Shown: positions 8,733-18,341 of the stretch, one piece after another
Layout: each line of letters starts with the position of its first letter
Numbering within the stretch: position 1 is the stretch's first letter
DNA from: Clostridiales bacterium
GTDB lineage: Bacteria > Bacillota > Clostridia > Lachnospirales > Lachnospiraceae
Length of the DNA stretch: 52,839 nt
Assembly (NCBI GenBank): GCA_012839235.1
Contig: DUNS01000074.1
Location: forward strand, 1-52,839
Direction: 5' to 3'
Program-made: the position numbers and the translations under genes
The notes under the pieces: generated by a model
The model's database searches: none
Seen by the model: the letters and a program-made list of their open reading frames with translations, nothing else
Told to the model about the DNA's origin: nothing

Positions 8733-10268
8733 ATGTTCAGTAAAGCATTCAGTGCAGCAATTCATGGTATTGACGGGATGATAGTAACTGTTGAGGCAGA
8801 TGTAAGTGATGGCTTACCAGTTTTTGATATGGTAGGTTTTCTCGGGTCTGAAGTTAAGGAAGCAAGGGAAAGAGTTAAAATTGCACTTAAAAATTCTGGA
8901 TTTAAGATACCTGCCAAAAGGATTACTGTTAATCTATCCCCTGCTGACATTCGTAAAGAGGGTACAGCCTTTGATTTACCAGTGGCAATTGCAATTCTAG
9001 GGGCCTTTGGCCATCTACCGGAAGAAAGTTTTAAGGATATTCTAATTATCGGAGAACTCAGCCTTAATGGAAGAATCAATAAAGTAAATGGTGTCCTGCC
9101 TATAGTCTATTGTGCTATGCAGCAGGGCTTTAAAAAGTGCATTATTCCTATGGAGAACAGTAGAGAAGGGGCAGTGGTTGAAGGAATAGAAACCTATGGA
9201 GTCTCTACTTTAGTTGAGGTTGTTAAGTTTTTGAATGATGAGGAAACATTGGAGCCTTTATACATCCCTAGAGAGGAAATGTTTAAGGATATTTCCCACA
9301 AAGAGTCAATGGATTTCTCTGATGTCACGGGACAAAGGGCGGCCAAGAGAGCTATTGAGATAGCGGTGGCAGGTATGCATAATATTCTAATGATCGGTCC
9401 GCCGGGCTCTGGGAAGACGATGTTAGCCAAAAGAATACCAACAATTATGCCAGAGCTTTCCTTTGATGAAAGTATGGAGATATCAAAAATCTATAGTATT
9501 GCTGGTATGTTGGATAATCAAGGATTAATATTAAGAAGACCATTTCGAAGTCCTCACCATACAATTACAACAACTGCCTTGGTAGGAGGGGGACGGCTTC
9601 CAAGACCAGGGGAGGTAAGTCTAGCAGATCAAGGAGTCCTCTTTTTAGATGAGCTACCTGAGTTTCAGAAAAATACAATAGAAGTTCTACGCCAGCCTCT
9701 AGAGGATAGGCTAGTTACTATTTCAAGACTTAATGGTACATATGTATATCCTGCAAACTTTATGTTAGTAGCTGCTATTAATCCCTGTAACTGTGGATTT
9801 TATCCTGATAGAAATAGATGTAATTGTTCGATTAATCAGGTTAAGCGATATCTGGGGAAAATATCTCAACCACTATTAGATAGATTTGACATCTGTATAG
9901 AAGCTATAGAAATTAATTATAGAGAACTAGCTATAAAGCAAAAGGAGGAAAACTCTGAAGAAATAAGAAATAGGGTTAGAATAGCCCGTGAAATACAAAT
10001 GAATAGATATAAAGACCAGAGTATATACTTTAACTCTCAGCTAATTCCTCGTACTATTAAAGCCTATTGTAAGCTAGATAAAAAGGATCAAGACCTTTTG
10101 GAAGAGGCCTTTATAAAGATGAATCTTAGCGCTAGAGCCTATCACAGAATATTAAAGGTTGCTAGAACCATTGCTGACTTAGATCAAAGTCCACAGATTA
10201 AAAGCAAGCACATAAGCGAGGCCATATGCTATCGTAGTCTGGATCAAAAGTATTTTGGAACACTATGA
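8733..10268 (+). CDS. comM: YifB/ComM-family Mg-chelatase-like AAA+ ATPase
   Basis: VNLSPADIRKEG..FDLP, GPPGSGKT, RPFRSPHHT, LFLDELPEF, SQPLLDRFD, SARAYHRILKVARTIADL; adjacent to dprA. Confidence 0.93.
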   Translation: MFSKAFSAAIHGIDGMIVTVEADVSDGLPVFDMVGFLGSEVKEARERVKIALKNSGFKIPAKRITVNLSPADIRKEGTAFDLPVAIAILGAFGHLPEESFKDILIIGELSLNGRINKVNGVLPIVYCAMQQGFKKCIIPMENSREGAVVEGIETYGVSTLVEVVKFLNDEETLEPLYIPREEMFKDISHKESMDFSDVTGQRAAKRAIEIAVAGMHNILMIGPPGSGKTMLAKRIPTIMPELSFDESMEISKIYSIAGMLDNQGLILRRPFRSPHHTITTTALVGGGRLPRPGEVSLADQGVLFLDELPEFQKNTIEVLRQPLEDRLVTISRLNGTYVYPANFMLVAAINPCNCGFYPDRNRCNCSINQVKRYLGKISQPLLDRFDICIEAIEINYRELAIKQKEENSEEIRNRVRIAREIQMNRYKDQSIYFNSQLIPRTIKAYCKLDKKDQDLLEEAFIKMNLSARAYHRILKVARTIADLDQSPQIKSKHISEAICYRSLDQKYFGTL

Positions 10269-10284
10269 AAGGAATAGGTGTGGT

Positions 10285-11409
10285 ATGAAGGATAGAGAGT
10301 ATAATTACTGGTTGAGTAATATTAATAATATTGGCCCTAAGAAAATTGACTACCTACTAGACTATTATGGAAGCTCAGAGGAAGTCTATAAGGCGTCAGA
10401 TGACTCGATTAATGAAGCAATAAAATTAGCTATGAAAGAGGGAATTGTTAGGTTTAGTAAGAAAGATGCTGATAATATTCGTGATTATAAAAACCCAGAA
10501 AGAATACATATGGAATATAATGTCCTTTTAGAAAAAGGCATAAAATTCATTACAAAGCTAGATGAAGAGTATCCCAAGAAGCTGCGTCCTTTATATAATG
10601 GACCATTTTCTCTATATATTAAGGGGAAGCTACCCCATATAGAGAGAAAGATACTAGCAATCGTAGGAACAAGAAATGCCTCAGCCTATGGCATGGAGCT
10701 GACTAAATATTTCTCTCAGTCTCTGGCGGCTTCAGGGGTTGGAATTATAAGTGGTTTGGCTAGAGGGATTGATACATGTGCCCATAAAGGAGCTTTAGAG
10801 GTCTCCGGTCTTACATATGGAGTTCTTGGCTGTGGTATTGATATATGCTATCCAAGGGAGAATATTGATATATATATGGAGATGCAAAATCACGGGGCTG
10901 TCATTTCAGAATATCCCCCAGGTGAGAAGCCCTATGCAAGTAATTTTCCTATGAGAAATAGGATTATCAGTGGTCTAAGTGATGGAATACTTGTAATAGA
11001 AGCCAAGGAAAAGAGTGGATCCTTAATAACTGTCGATATGGGATTAGAGCAAGGAAAGGATATCTATGCAATACCAGGAAGAATAACCGATGCCTTAAGT
11101 ATTGGATGTAATAATCTAATTAAGATGGGTGCTAAATTAGTAGGAAGCCCTGATGATATATTAGTGGAACTATTGACCAATTACGATAATAATCATAAAT
11201 CAAATGACAATTCCCAACTAACAAAGAATATGACCGAAGAAGAAATCCTTGTATACGAATCAATTGCTTTAGAGCCTACTAATATAGAAGAGATAGTCAG
11301 AAATACATCAATACCAATATCAGACCTAATGGAACACCTCCTAAAACTAGAACTAAGAGACATGATAAAACAACCTTATAAAAACTTTTATATGAAAAGT
11401 AATTTATAG
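10285..11409 (+). CDS. dprA: DNA-processing protein DprA
   Basis: AIVGTR, ISGLARGID, FPMRNRIISGLS, EAKEKSGSLIT, C-terminal winged helix. Start at ATG 10285 (GAAAGGA upstream) preferred over TTG 10255. Confidence 0.95.
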   Translation: MKDREYNYWLSNINNIGPKKIDYLLDYYGSSEEVYKASDDSINEAIKLAMKEGIVRFSKKDADNIRDYKNPERIHMEYNVLLEKGIKFITKLDEEYPKKLRPLYNGPFSLYIKGKLPHIERKILAIVGTRNASAYGMELTKYFSQSLAASGVGIISGLARGIDTCAHKGALEVSGLTYGVLGCGIDICYPRENIDIYMEMQNHGAVISEYPPGEKPYASNFPMRNRIISGLSDGILVIEAKEKSGSLITVDMGLEQGKDIYAIPGRITDALSIGCNNLIKMGAKLVGSPDDILVELLTNYDNNHKSNDNSQLTKNMTEEEILVYESIALEPTNIEEIVRNTSIPISDLMEHLLKLELRDMIKQPYKNFYMKSNL

Positions 11410-11461
11410 TAAACGAGTAAAATATATCTATACAGTAATCCATAACCAACAAAGTACAAAA

Positions 11462-11675
11462 TTACTATTCAGTGCATAGACTAATGATTAAGACCAGGGG
11501 AGAAATGATTCCCATGGTGAGTATTGCATTCGTCGGTACTTAGGTTCTGTACTGAAGAACCTTATGTACCGTTACGTAATGCATCTAAGCGAGAGCGTCA
11601 CCACAAAATGCGAATTTCATTCGCATGGAACATTTCTCCCCTGGTCTTTGCAACACCTACAATGCTGAATAGTAA
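11462..11675 (+). repeat. Long imperfect hairpin element, family 1 copy C
   Basis: Perfect 18-bp inverted repeat AAGACCAGGGGAGAAATG (11490)/CATTTCTCCCCTGGTCTT (11631); outer TTACTATTCAG/CTGAATAGTAA. Core TCGGTACTT (11533), GTACCGTTA, CTAAGCGAGAGCGT (11585-11598). Confidence 0.88.
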
Positions 11676-11704
11676 CATCCACACCCCTCTAATTTATAAA
11701 ATAC

Positions 11705-11733
11705 TTGAAAGAAAATTCAAAGTAGTGTATGCT
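11705..11733 (+). promoter_or_regulatory. Candidate sigma-A promoter for topA
   Basis: TTGAAA-17 nt-TATGCT. Confidence 0.45.
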
Positions 11734-11836
11734 AGTTTATGTTTTAAGCTTAACCTAGAAATAATTAGGAATGTGTTTGTTTATTATATTGGGTATAATA
11801 ACAGAACATTTATTATAGAAATGAGGGAAGTATTGT

Positions 11837-13906
11837 ATGGCAAAGTATCTGGTCATCGTGGAATCTCCGGCAAAAGCCAAAACAATTAAAAAGTTTTTAG
11901 GAAGTAATTATGAAGTTGTTGCTTCCAATGGTCATGTTCGAGATTTGCCAAAAAGTTCATTGGGGGTTGATATAGAGAATGATTTTGAACCTAAGTATAT
12001 AACCATTCGAGGAAAGGGAGAATTGCTTGCCAAGCTACGAAAGCAAGTAAAAAAGGCAGATAAGGTTTATCTGGCAACTGACCCTGACCGGGAAGGAGAA
12101 GCAATTTCATGGCATTTGTATCATTCATTAAAATTACAGGATAAGCCAAGTAGCCGAATAACCTTTAATGAGATAACTAAAAATGCTGTAAAATCATCCA
12201 TTAAAGAAGCAAGAGAAATAGATATGGATCTTGTAGACGCTCAACAGGCTAGAAGAGTAGTTGACCGTATGGTTGGTTATATGATAAGCCCTCTCCTCTG
12301 GGAGAAGATAAAACGAGGGCTTAGTGCTGGTAGAGTGCAATCAGTAGCACTTCGAATTATATGTGATAGAGAAGAGGAAATTAGTGATTTTGTTCCTGAA
12401 GAATATTGGAACCTAGAGGCTGCATTTAATATAAATAATAAAAAGAAGCCTTTGATTGCGAAATTTGTAAATCCTAAGAATGCAATCAAAACAGAAGCAG
12501 ATATGAATAAGGTTCTGTCTAATCTTGAAGGGGCAGATTTTATTGTAGATGAAATAAAGAAAGGTGAGCGAGTTCGTAAAGCACCTATTCCATTTACCAC
12601 AAGTACATTACAGCAGGAAGCATCTAAAGCTCTTAATTTTTCCACTAGGAAAACCATGCAGCTTGCCCAGCAGCTTTATGAAGGTGTTGATGTTAAAGGT
12701 CATGGAACAATAGGTTTGATTACTTACCTGCGTACAGACTCCACAAGAATTAGTGACGAGGCTGACAAAGCTGCAAGGGATTATATCAATGATACTTATG
12801 GAGAGGAATTTGTTGCAAAGAATGATGTAGTTAAATCTAGCGGCAAAAAAGTACAGGATGCTCATGAAGCGATTCGTCCAACCAATGTTGAAATTGATCC
12901 AACACTTGTTAAGAGTGCATTATCTAGAGATGCATTTCGTCTTTACCAGCTTATATGGAGAAGATTTGTAGCTAGTAGGATGGAGCCTGCTAGATATGAG
13001 ACCAATTCTCTAAAGGTTAAAGCTAATGCTTATCAATTTACAGCTTCAACTTCAAAGCTGGTTTTTGAAGGCTTTATGAAAGTATATACACCTGAGGATG
13101 AGGAAAAGAAAAGTGGGACTTCATTTGGAGATTTAAAGAAAGGTGATAAGCTTGAACTCCTAGAATTAAATAAGACTCAACATTTTACCCAACCTCCTGC
13201 CCATTATACGGAGGCATCCCTTGTAAAGACATTAGAAGAGTTAGGAATAGGAAGGCCCAGTACCTATGCACCTACAATAACTACTATTATTGCTAGAAGA
13301 TATATTGCTAAAGAAAAGAAGAATCTATTTGTAACAGAGCTTGGTGAAGCAGTCAATAATATAATGAAGCTAGCATTTGCAAGTATAGTTGATGTGAATT
13401 TTACAGCTAATATGGAGACTTTGCTAGACGGAGTGGAGGAAGGAAATATACACTGGAAAAGTGTAGTAAGGAATTTCTTCCCTGATCTAGATAAGGCTGT
13501 TAAAGATGCTCAAGAAACATTAGATAAAATAGAGATAGCTGATGAAGTGACAGAAGAGATTTGTGAATTGTGTGGTCGTAATATGGTCATTAAATACGGT
13601 CCACATGGAAAGTTTCTTGCTTGTCCTGGATTCCCAGAATGTAAAAATACAAAGCCCTATCTTGAAAAAATCGGTGTAGCATGTCCTACTTGTGGCAGTG
13701 ACATAGTGATTCGAAAAACCAAGAAAGGCAGAAAATACTACGGATGCATTAATAATCCTGAATGTGACTTTATGTCTTGGGCTAAGCCATCCAGCACACC
13801 TTGTGAAAAATGTAATGGTTTTATGGTGGAAAAGGGAAAAAAACTAGTTTGTGAGAATAAAACCTGCGGTCATGTGATGACTAAGAATGAAAATGAAGAT
13901 GAATAA
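11837..13906 (+). CDS. topA: DNA topoisomerase I
   Basis: LVIVESPAKAK, ATDPDREGEAI, SAGRVQS, ITYLRTDS (catalytic Tyr), C-terminal C4 zinc ribbons. Confidence 0.98.
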   Translation: MAKYLVIVESPAKAKTIKKFLGSNYEVVASNGHVRDLPKSSLGVDIENDFEPKYITIRGKGELLAKLRKQVKKADKVYLATDPDREGEAISWHLYHSLKLQDKPSSRITFNEITKNAVKSSIKEAREIDMDLVDAQQARRVVDRMVGYMISPLLWEKIKRGLSAGRVQSVALRIICDREEEISDFVPEEYWNLEAAFNINNKKKPLIAKFVNPKNAIKTEADMNKVLSNLEGADFIVDEIKKGERVRKAPIPFTTSTLQQEASKALNFSTRKTMQLAQQLYEGVDVKGHGTIGLITYLRTDSTRISDEADKAARDYINDTYGEEFVAKNDVVKSSGKKVQDAHEAIRPTNVEIDPTLVKSALSRDAFRLYQLIWRRFVASRMEPARYETNSLKVKANAYQFTASTSKLVFEGFMKVYTPEDEEKKSGTSFGDLKKGDKLELLELNKTQHFTQPPAHYTEASLVKTLEELGIGRPSTYAPTITTIIARRYIAKEKKNLFVTELGEAVNNIMKLAFASIVDVNFTANMETLLDGVEEGNIHWKSVVRNFFPDLDKAVKDAQETLDKIEIADEVTEEICELCGRNMVIKYGPHGKFLACPGFPECKNTKPYLEKIGVACPTCGSDIVIRKTKKGRKYYGCINNPECDFMSWAKPSSTPCEKCNGFMVEKGKKLVCENKTCGHVMTKNENEDE

Positions 13907-14004
13907 CTATTATGTTAGAATTTATGACGTCTACGATATCATAACAAGATACAAAGTAAAAGCAGCCAAAAAGCAAGCTTTCTAAATGCTTTTATCCGCA
14001 TATT

Positions 14005-14034
14005 AGCTATATCATCAATGATGGTATAGCTTTT
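14005..14034 (+). terminator. Intrinsic terminator downstream of topA
   Basis: AGCTATATCATC-AAT-GATGGTATAGCT followed by TTT. Confidence 0.6.
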
Positions 14035-14205
14035 GATAGGTTAAGGAAGTTGATTCAATATACAGTCTTAAGTTAAAACTATCATGTAATTATATTAAAT
14101 TATGAATTTTATTGATTGTTTTCATTAACTTTTCGTAAAATCAACAAATTGAATGTTAAAAACATAAATTTACTCAAAATGCATATAAAAGTTCGATAAT
14201 TGCTA

Positions 14206-14234
14206 TTGTTTTTTGAATTTGTATATGATAGAAT
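14206..14234 (+). promoter_or_regulatory. Candidate sigma-A promoter for codY
   Basis: TTGTTT-17 nt-TAGAAT, with TG extension. Confidence 0.5.
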
Positions 14235-14351
14235 TTATAAAGGTGCAAATCGCAGATTATGCTAATATATTTATATTGACTTATAAGAATTTTATTCTAA
14301 TTAAAAAAGAAAACCTTGGGGAGGTTTAGAAAAAAACTGGGAGGCGTCGTA

Positions 14352-15128
14352 ATGAGTGTACAGTTACTGGATAAAACAAGAAAGATTAACAACCTGTTGC
14401 ATAATAATAATTCACATAAAGTGGTTTTCAATGATATCTGTGTTGTTTTAAGTGATATTCTTGCATCTGACGTGTTAGTGATTAGTCGTAAGGGAAAAGT
14501 TCTAGGTGTAAAAAACCGAGATGATATTCCTGAAATTAATGAATTGATTAAGGATGTTGTTGGAAGGCATATAGACGCCTTGCTAAATGAAAGACTACTT
14601 AATATACTTTCAACAAAGGAAAATGTTAATTTAAGAACACTAGGATTTGAATTTGACGAGGTTGATTCCTATCAAGCTATCATTACACCAATAGATATAG
14701 CTGGAGAACGGTTGGGAACTCTTTTCATATATAAAAAGGATGAGCAATATACAATTGATGATATTATTTTAAGCGAATATGGTACAACAGTAGTTGGTTT
14801 AGAGATGATGCGTTCTGTAAATGAAGAGAATGCTGAAGAAAATCGTAAAATACAGATTGTAAAATCTGCCATAAATACATTATCATTTTCTGAATTAGAG
14901 GCCATCACCCACATTTTTAATGAATTAAAGGGCACAGAGGGAATATTAGTAGCAAGTAAGATTGCTGATCGAGTTGGTATTACAAGGTCAGTAATAGTTA
15001 ATGCACTTCGCAAATTTGAAAGTGCCGGTGTAATTGAATCTAGATCCTCTGGTATGAAGGGGACTTATATTAAAGTTTTAAATGACGTTGTATTTGATGA
15101 ACTAAAGAATTTAAATGATAATAGGTGA
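14352..15128 (+). CDS. codY: GTP/BCAA-sensing global regulator CodY
   Basis: LLDKTRKIN, GERLGTL, ASKIADRVGITRSVIVNALRKFESAGVIESRS.GMKGT. ATG 14352 follows GGGAGG. Confidence 0.98.
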   Translation: MSVQLLDKTRKINNLLHNNNSHKVVFNDICVVLSDILASDVLVISRKGKVLGVKNRDDIPEINELIKDVVGRHIDALLNERLLNILSTKENVNLRTLGFEFDEVDSYQAIITPIDIAGERLGTLFIYKKDEQYTIDDIILSEYGTTVVGLEMMRSVNEENAEENRKIQIVKSAINTLSFSELEAITHIFNELKGTEGILVASKIADRVGITRSVIVNALRKFESAGVIESRSSGMKGTYIKVLNDVVFDELKNLNDNR

Positions 15129-15141
15129 AGGCGAACTATTG

Positions 15142-15178
15142 GGAATTTATGTAGACTCATTACATAAATTCCTTTTTT
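15142..15178 (+). terminator. Intrinsic terminator of codY
   Basis: GGAATTTATGTA/TACATAAATTCC stem plus TTTTTT. Confidence 0.85.
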
Positions 15179-15408
15179 GCAGACCTATAAGCGAAAATTG
15201 TTAAATAAAGTCGTTTAATGAGGATGTACATAGTTAACATGCATTGCCAAATTAATACAAAAAGTAGCATTTGTACAAAAATATGGTTGCAAAATCAGAA
15301 AAAATAATTTAAAATACTACAAGGTATGGTATAAATCTACTATTTTTATAAATATATCTTGTGTTTTTGTGAAAATAATTTATAATTTATAATGAAAGGG
15401 GTGTAAAG

Positions 15409-15798
15409 ATGATTGGTTCGAATGCTTTTAATTATATCAACGTTTTGGACAAGGCTGCAGATGCAAGTTGGATGAGGAATAATGTCATTACTAACAATAT
15501 TGCTAATGTAGATACTCCAGGGTATAAACGTAAGGATGTTCAATTCGAGTCATACCTAATGTCTGCCCTAATGGGAGACAATTCATTAGAGAAAAGGGTA
15601 AGCGAGGTTCGATTGGATGCAATCAATCCTTCAATTTATACAGACTATATGAATTACAGCTATCGCTTAGATGGTAATAATGTAGACATTGACACGGAAG
15701 AAGCTAATCTTGCTCAGAATCAAATCCGGTATTATGCCTTAATAGAGTCAATGAATCAGGAATTTGGACGCCTAAAAAGTGTGTTACAGTCCAAATAA
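15409..15798 (+). CDS. flgB: Flagellar basal-body rod protein FlgB
   Basis: NNIANVDTPGYKRKDV, RLDGNNVDID. Confidence 0.96.
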   Translation: MIGSNAFNYINVLDKAADASWMRNNVITNNIANVDTPGYKRKDVQFESYLMSALMGDNSLEKRVSEVRLDAINPSIYTDYMNYSYRLDGNNVDIDTEEANLAQNQIRYYALIESMNQEFGRLKSVLQSK

Positions 15799-15827
15799 TA
15801 TAACTTATTTGAAAATGATGCGTGGTT

Positions 15828-15905
15828 AAAGTGAACTGTAGTACAATTCACTTTGCAAACATTGAGCCGTTGTCCCAAAGTTTGCAGGTTGTGGTGTAGG
15901 GAATG
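15828..15905 (+). repeat. Family 2 repeat, flgB-flgC copy (H1 hairpin + module D)
   Basis: AAAGTGAA/TTCACTTT hairpin and GCAAAC/GTTTGC stem. 15860-15905 matches 27561-27606 at 35/46, ungapped (hand count). Confidence 0.75.
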
Positions 15906-15934
15906 GTTATATAATTATTGAAGGGAGAATGGAT

Positions 15935-16372
15935 ATGTCTTCATTTAGTGGAATGAATGTAAGTGCCAGTGGTATGACTGCACAGCGACTTAGAATGGAT
16001 ATTATATCACAGAATATTGCAAATATTAACACAACTCGAGATGAATTTGGTAATGTGTATAAACGTCAATCAGTAGTATTTGCTGAGAAGGACGTTACAG
16101 CCTTCAAGGATGTATTGATGAAAACAGCAGGAACAGTGGGGAATGGGGTTAAAGTTACAAAGATTGCCCGGGATGATAAGACACCTCTTCGTAAAGTTTA
16201 TGACCCTGCACACCCAGATGCAGATGAAGATGGATATGTTTCATATCCTAATGTCAACACAGTACAGGAGATGACAGATCTAATTGATGCAACACGTTCC
16301 TACGAAGCCAATGTAACTGCTTTCAATGCAGCTAAGAATATTGCATTAAAAGGATTAGAGATTGGTAAATAA
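15935..16372 (+). CDS. flgC: Flagellar basal-body rod protein FlgC
   Basis: ASGMTAQRLRMDIISQNIAN, YDPAHPDAD, YPNVN, RSYEAN. Alternative start 15929. Confidence 0.96.
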   Translation: MSSFSGMNVSASGMTAQRLRMDIISQNIANINTTRDEFGNVYKRQSVVFAEKDVTAFKDVLMKTAGTVGNGVKVTKIARDDKTPLRKVYDPAHPDADEDGYVSYPNVNTVQEMTDLIDATRSYEANVTAFNAAKNIALKGLEIGK

Positions 16373-16389
16373 ACTTTTGGAGGTATATA

Positions 16390-16698
16390 ATGATTAACTC
16401 AGTCAGTGGTTTAGCCGAATTTAGCAAATATGCTATGAATTCTGTTACATCAGCAGAGAAAAATCGTAATGCAACTTTTGAAGACATGTTTCAAGCTGCA
16501 GTTAATTTAATAAATGAAACTAATAATTATACTAATGCAGCTGAGGAAGCTGAGATGGCATATGCTCTTGGCCTTACGGATAACACCCATGACTTGATGA
16601 TAGCGCAACAAAAAGCCAGCTTATCATTGCAATATACAATTGCGATTCGCAATCAGGTCATCGATTCTTATAAGGAGATAATGAGTCTTCAGTTTTAA
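16390..16698 (+). CDS. fliE: Flagellar hook-basal body protein FliE
   Basis: HDLMIAQQKASLSLQYTIAIRNQVIDSYKEIM; lies between flgC and fliF. Confidence 0.94.
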   Translation: MINSVSGLAEFSKYAMNSVTSAEKNRNATFEDMFQAAVNLINETNNYTNAAEEAEMAYALGLTDNTHDLMIAQQKASLSLQYTIAIRNQVIDSYKEIMSLQF

Positions 16699-16736
16699 TT
16701 GAAATAGGGTAAATAAGCGTAAGGGAGCACAAAGTA

Positions 16737-18329
16737 ATGGTTGAAAGATTAAAAGAGATACCTACTAAATTAGTGGAGTTTTGGAACAAGTATACTAGCA
16801 AACAAAAAACAATTATCATTGGAACATTCTCTACATTGATAATTGCTTTTGTGCTCTTATATTTTCTGATGTCTCGTACCAAATATGAAGTGTTAACTAT
16901 AACAGAGACGCCGAAGGAAGCAAGTGTAGTAAGGGATTTGCTTGAGGATGAAGGAATTGAATATAAACTTGGAACAGACAATGTTACTATTTCAGTAGAT
17001 CAGGAAAGATATTCAGATGCAGTTTTACTTCTTGCTAGTAATGATGTCCCATCATCTGGAATATCCATTGATGAACTTTTAAATAACAGTTTGAGTACAA
17101 CTAATAGTGATCGTACACTAAAACTTAATTTGTATATGCAGAATCAACTCCGTAGCTTTATAACAACTATGGAAGGTGTTGTAGATGCGCAAGTTAACTA
17201 CATACCAATTGAAAGCAGTAATTCAATACTAACAGAGGCACAAGAAACAACTGCCAGTGTTCTTCTTACAGTTGACGAGGATTTTCAAGTAGAGTCTGCA
17301 GAAACTATTGCTGAAGTAGTGGCATCAGTAATAGGTAATGAAACAACGAACAAGATAAAGGTGGCAGATCAAAATGGCACCTTGCTTTTTGGTGGAGAAA
17401 AAGATCTTTATTCTGGTAGTGCTGTTTCTAATGAAGATTATAAAGACAGATTACGAAATACCTTTATTAATAATATTTATATGGGTCTTATTAAGAACGG
17501 GTATGATGATGTAGAGATTATGCCTAATCTGGTTTTTAATATGGACAAGATAAGTGAGCTATATACAGAATATCTTCCTGCTGAAGGTCAAGAACAGGGA
17601 GTATATGGACATAGCTATACTTATGATTCGGAGAATGCAGGAGCCTCGGGAGGAATTCCTGGAACGTCATCTAACGATGAAACTGACTATATGATTCAAG
17701 ATTCAAGCTCCTCTCAGGGAAGTGTTAGTATTGAAGAGTATGATTACCTACCCAATGAAAGGGTTACCAACACAGAATTTGAGGTTGGAGCAGTTCTACC
17801 TGAGCAATCTTCAATCAGTATAGTTCTTAGAAAGCATGTTCCTTATAAAGAAGAGGAAATGGAGCTTCAAGGGCTATTAGATGATATAACATTTGAAGAG
17901 TATGCCTTGCAGAATAAGCAAAATAAGAGAGTGGATTATGATCCAGATATTATAACCATGGTTTCACTGGCAACAGGTATCGCTGCCGAGAATATACAAA
18001 TAATGGCCTATGAGCAGCCTTTGTTTATTCCAAAGACAGAAGTTATAAGGACATTTAGTGATTATATATCCATTATTTTAGCAGTTTTAATAGTAGCGCT
18101 CTTAGTATTTGTTGTATTCAAAGGTGTAATACCTGTAAAGGTTACAGAATTAGAGCCAGAATTATCAGTAGAGCAGCTGTTAGCTACAACTAAGGATAAT
18201 CAATCTATTGAAGATATAGAATTTGATGGTGTATCTGAAACACGTAAGATGATTGAGAAATTTGTAGACGAGAAACCTGAAGCAGTTGCGCAGCTACTAC
18301 GTAATTGGCTGAATGAAGATTGGGATTAA
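16737..18329 (+). CDS. fliF: Flagellar MS-ring protein FliF
   Basis: Two TM segments, ASVLL motif, C-terminal KPEAVAQLLRNWL. Confidence 0.93.
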   Translation: MVERLKEIPTKLVEFWNKYTSKQKTIIIGTFSTLIIAFVLLYFLMSRTKYEVLTITETPKEASVVRDLLEDEGIEYKLGTDNVTISVDQERYSDAVLLLASNDVPSSGISIDELLNNSLSTTNSDRTLKLNLYMQNQLRSFITTMEGVVDAQVNYIPIESSNSILTEAQETTASVLLTVDEDFQVESAETIAEVVASVIGNETTNKIKVADQNGTLLFGGEKDLYSGSAVSNEDYKDRLRNTFINNIYMGLIKNGYDDVEIMPNLVFNMDKISELYTEYLPAEGQEQGVYGHSYTYDSENAGASGGIPGTSSNDETDYMIQDSSSSQGSVSIEEYDYLPNERVTNTEFEVGAVLPEQSSISIVLRKHVPYKEEEMELQGLLDDITFEEYALQNKQNKRVDYDPDIITMVSLATGIAAENIQIMAYEQPLFIPKTEVIRTFSDYISIILAVLIVALLVFVVFKGVIPVKVTELEPELSVEQLLATTKDNQSIEDIEFDGVSETRKMIEKFVDEKPEAVAQLLRNWLNEDWD

Positions 18330-18341
18330 GGAGGGATTAAG

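Noticed and set aside
11524-11889. 121-aa ORF between dprA and topA
   Set aside because: Spans hairpin copy C and the topA promoter and start; TTG start with no recognisable product.
15179-15408. c-di-GMP riboswitch, invertible flagellar switch or CodY box upstream of flgB (as in C. difficile or B. subtilis)
   Set aside because: No GEMM-type motifs or flanking inverted repeats are visible. The best CodY-like site (near 15290) has about 6 mismatches to AATTTTCWGAAAATT.
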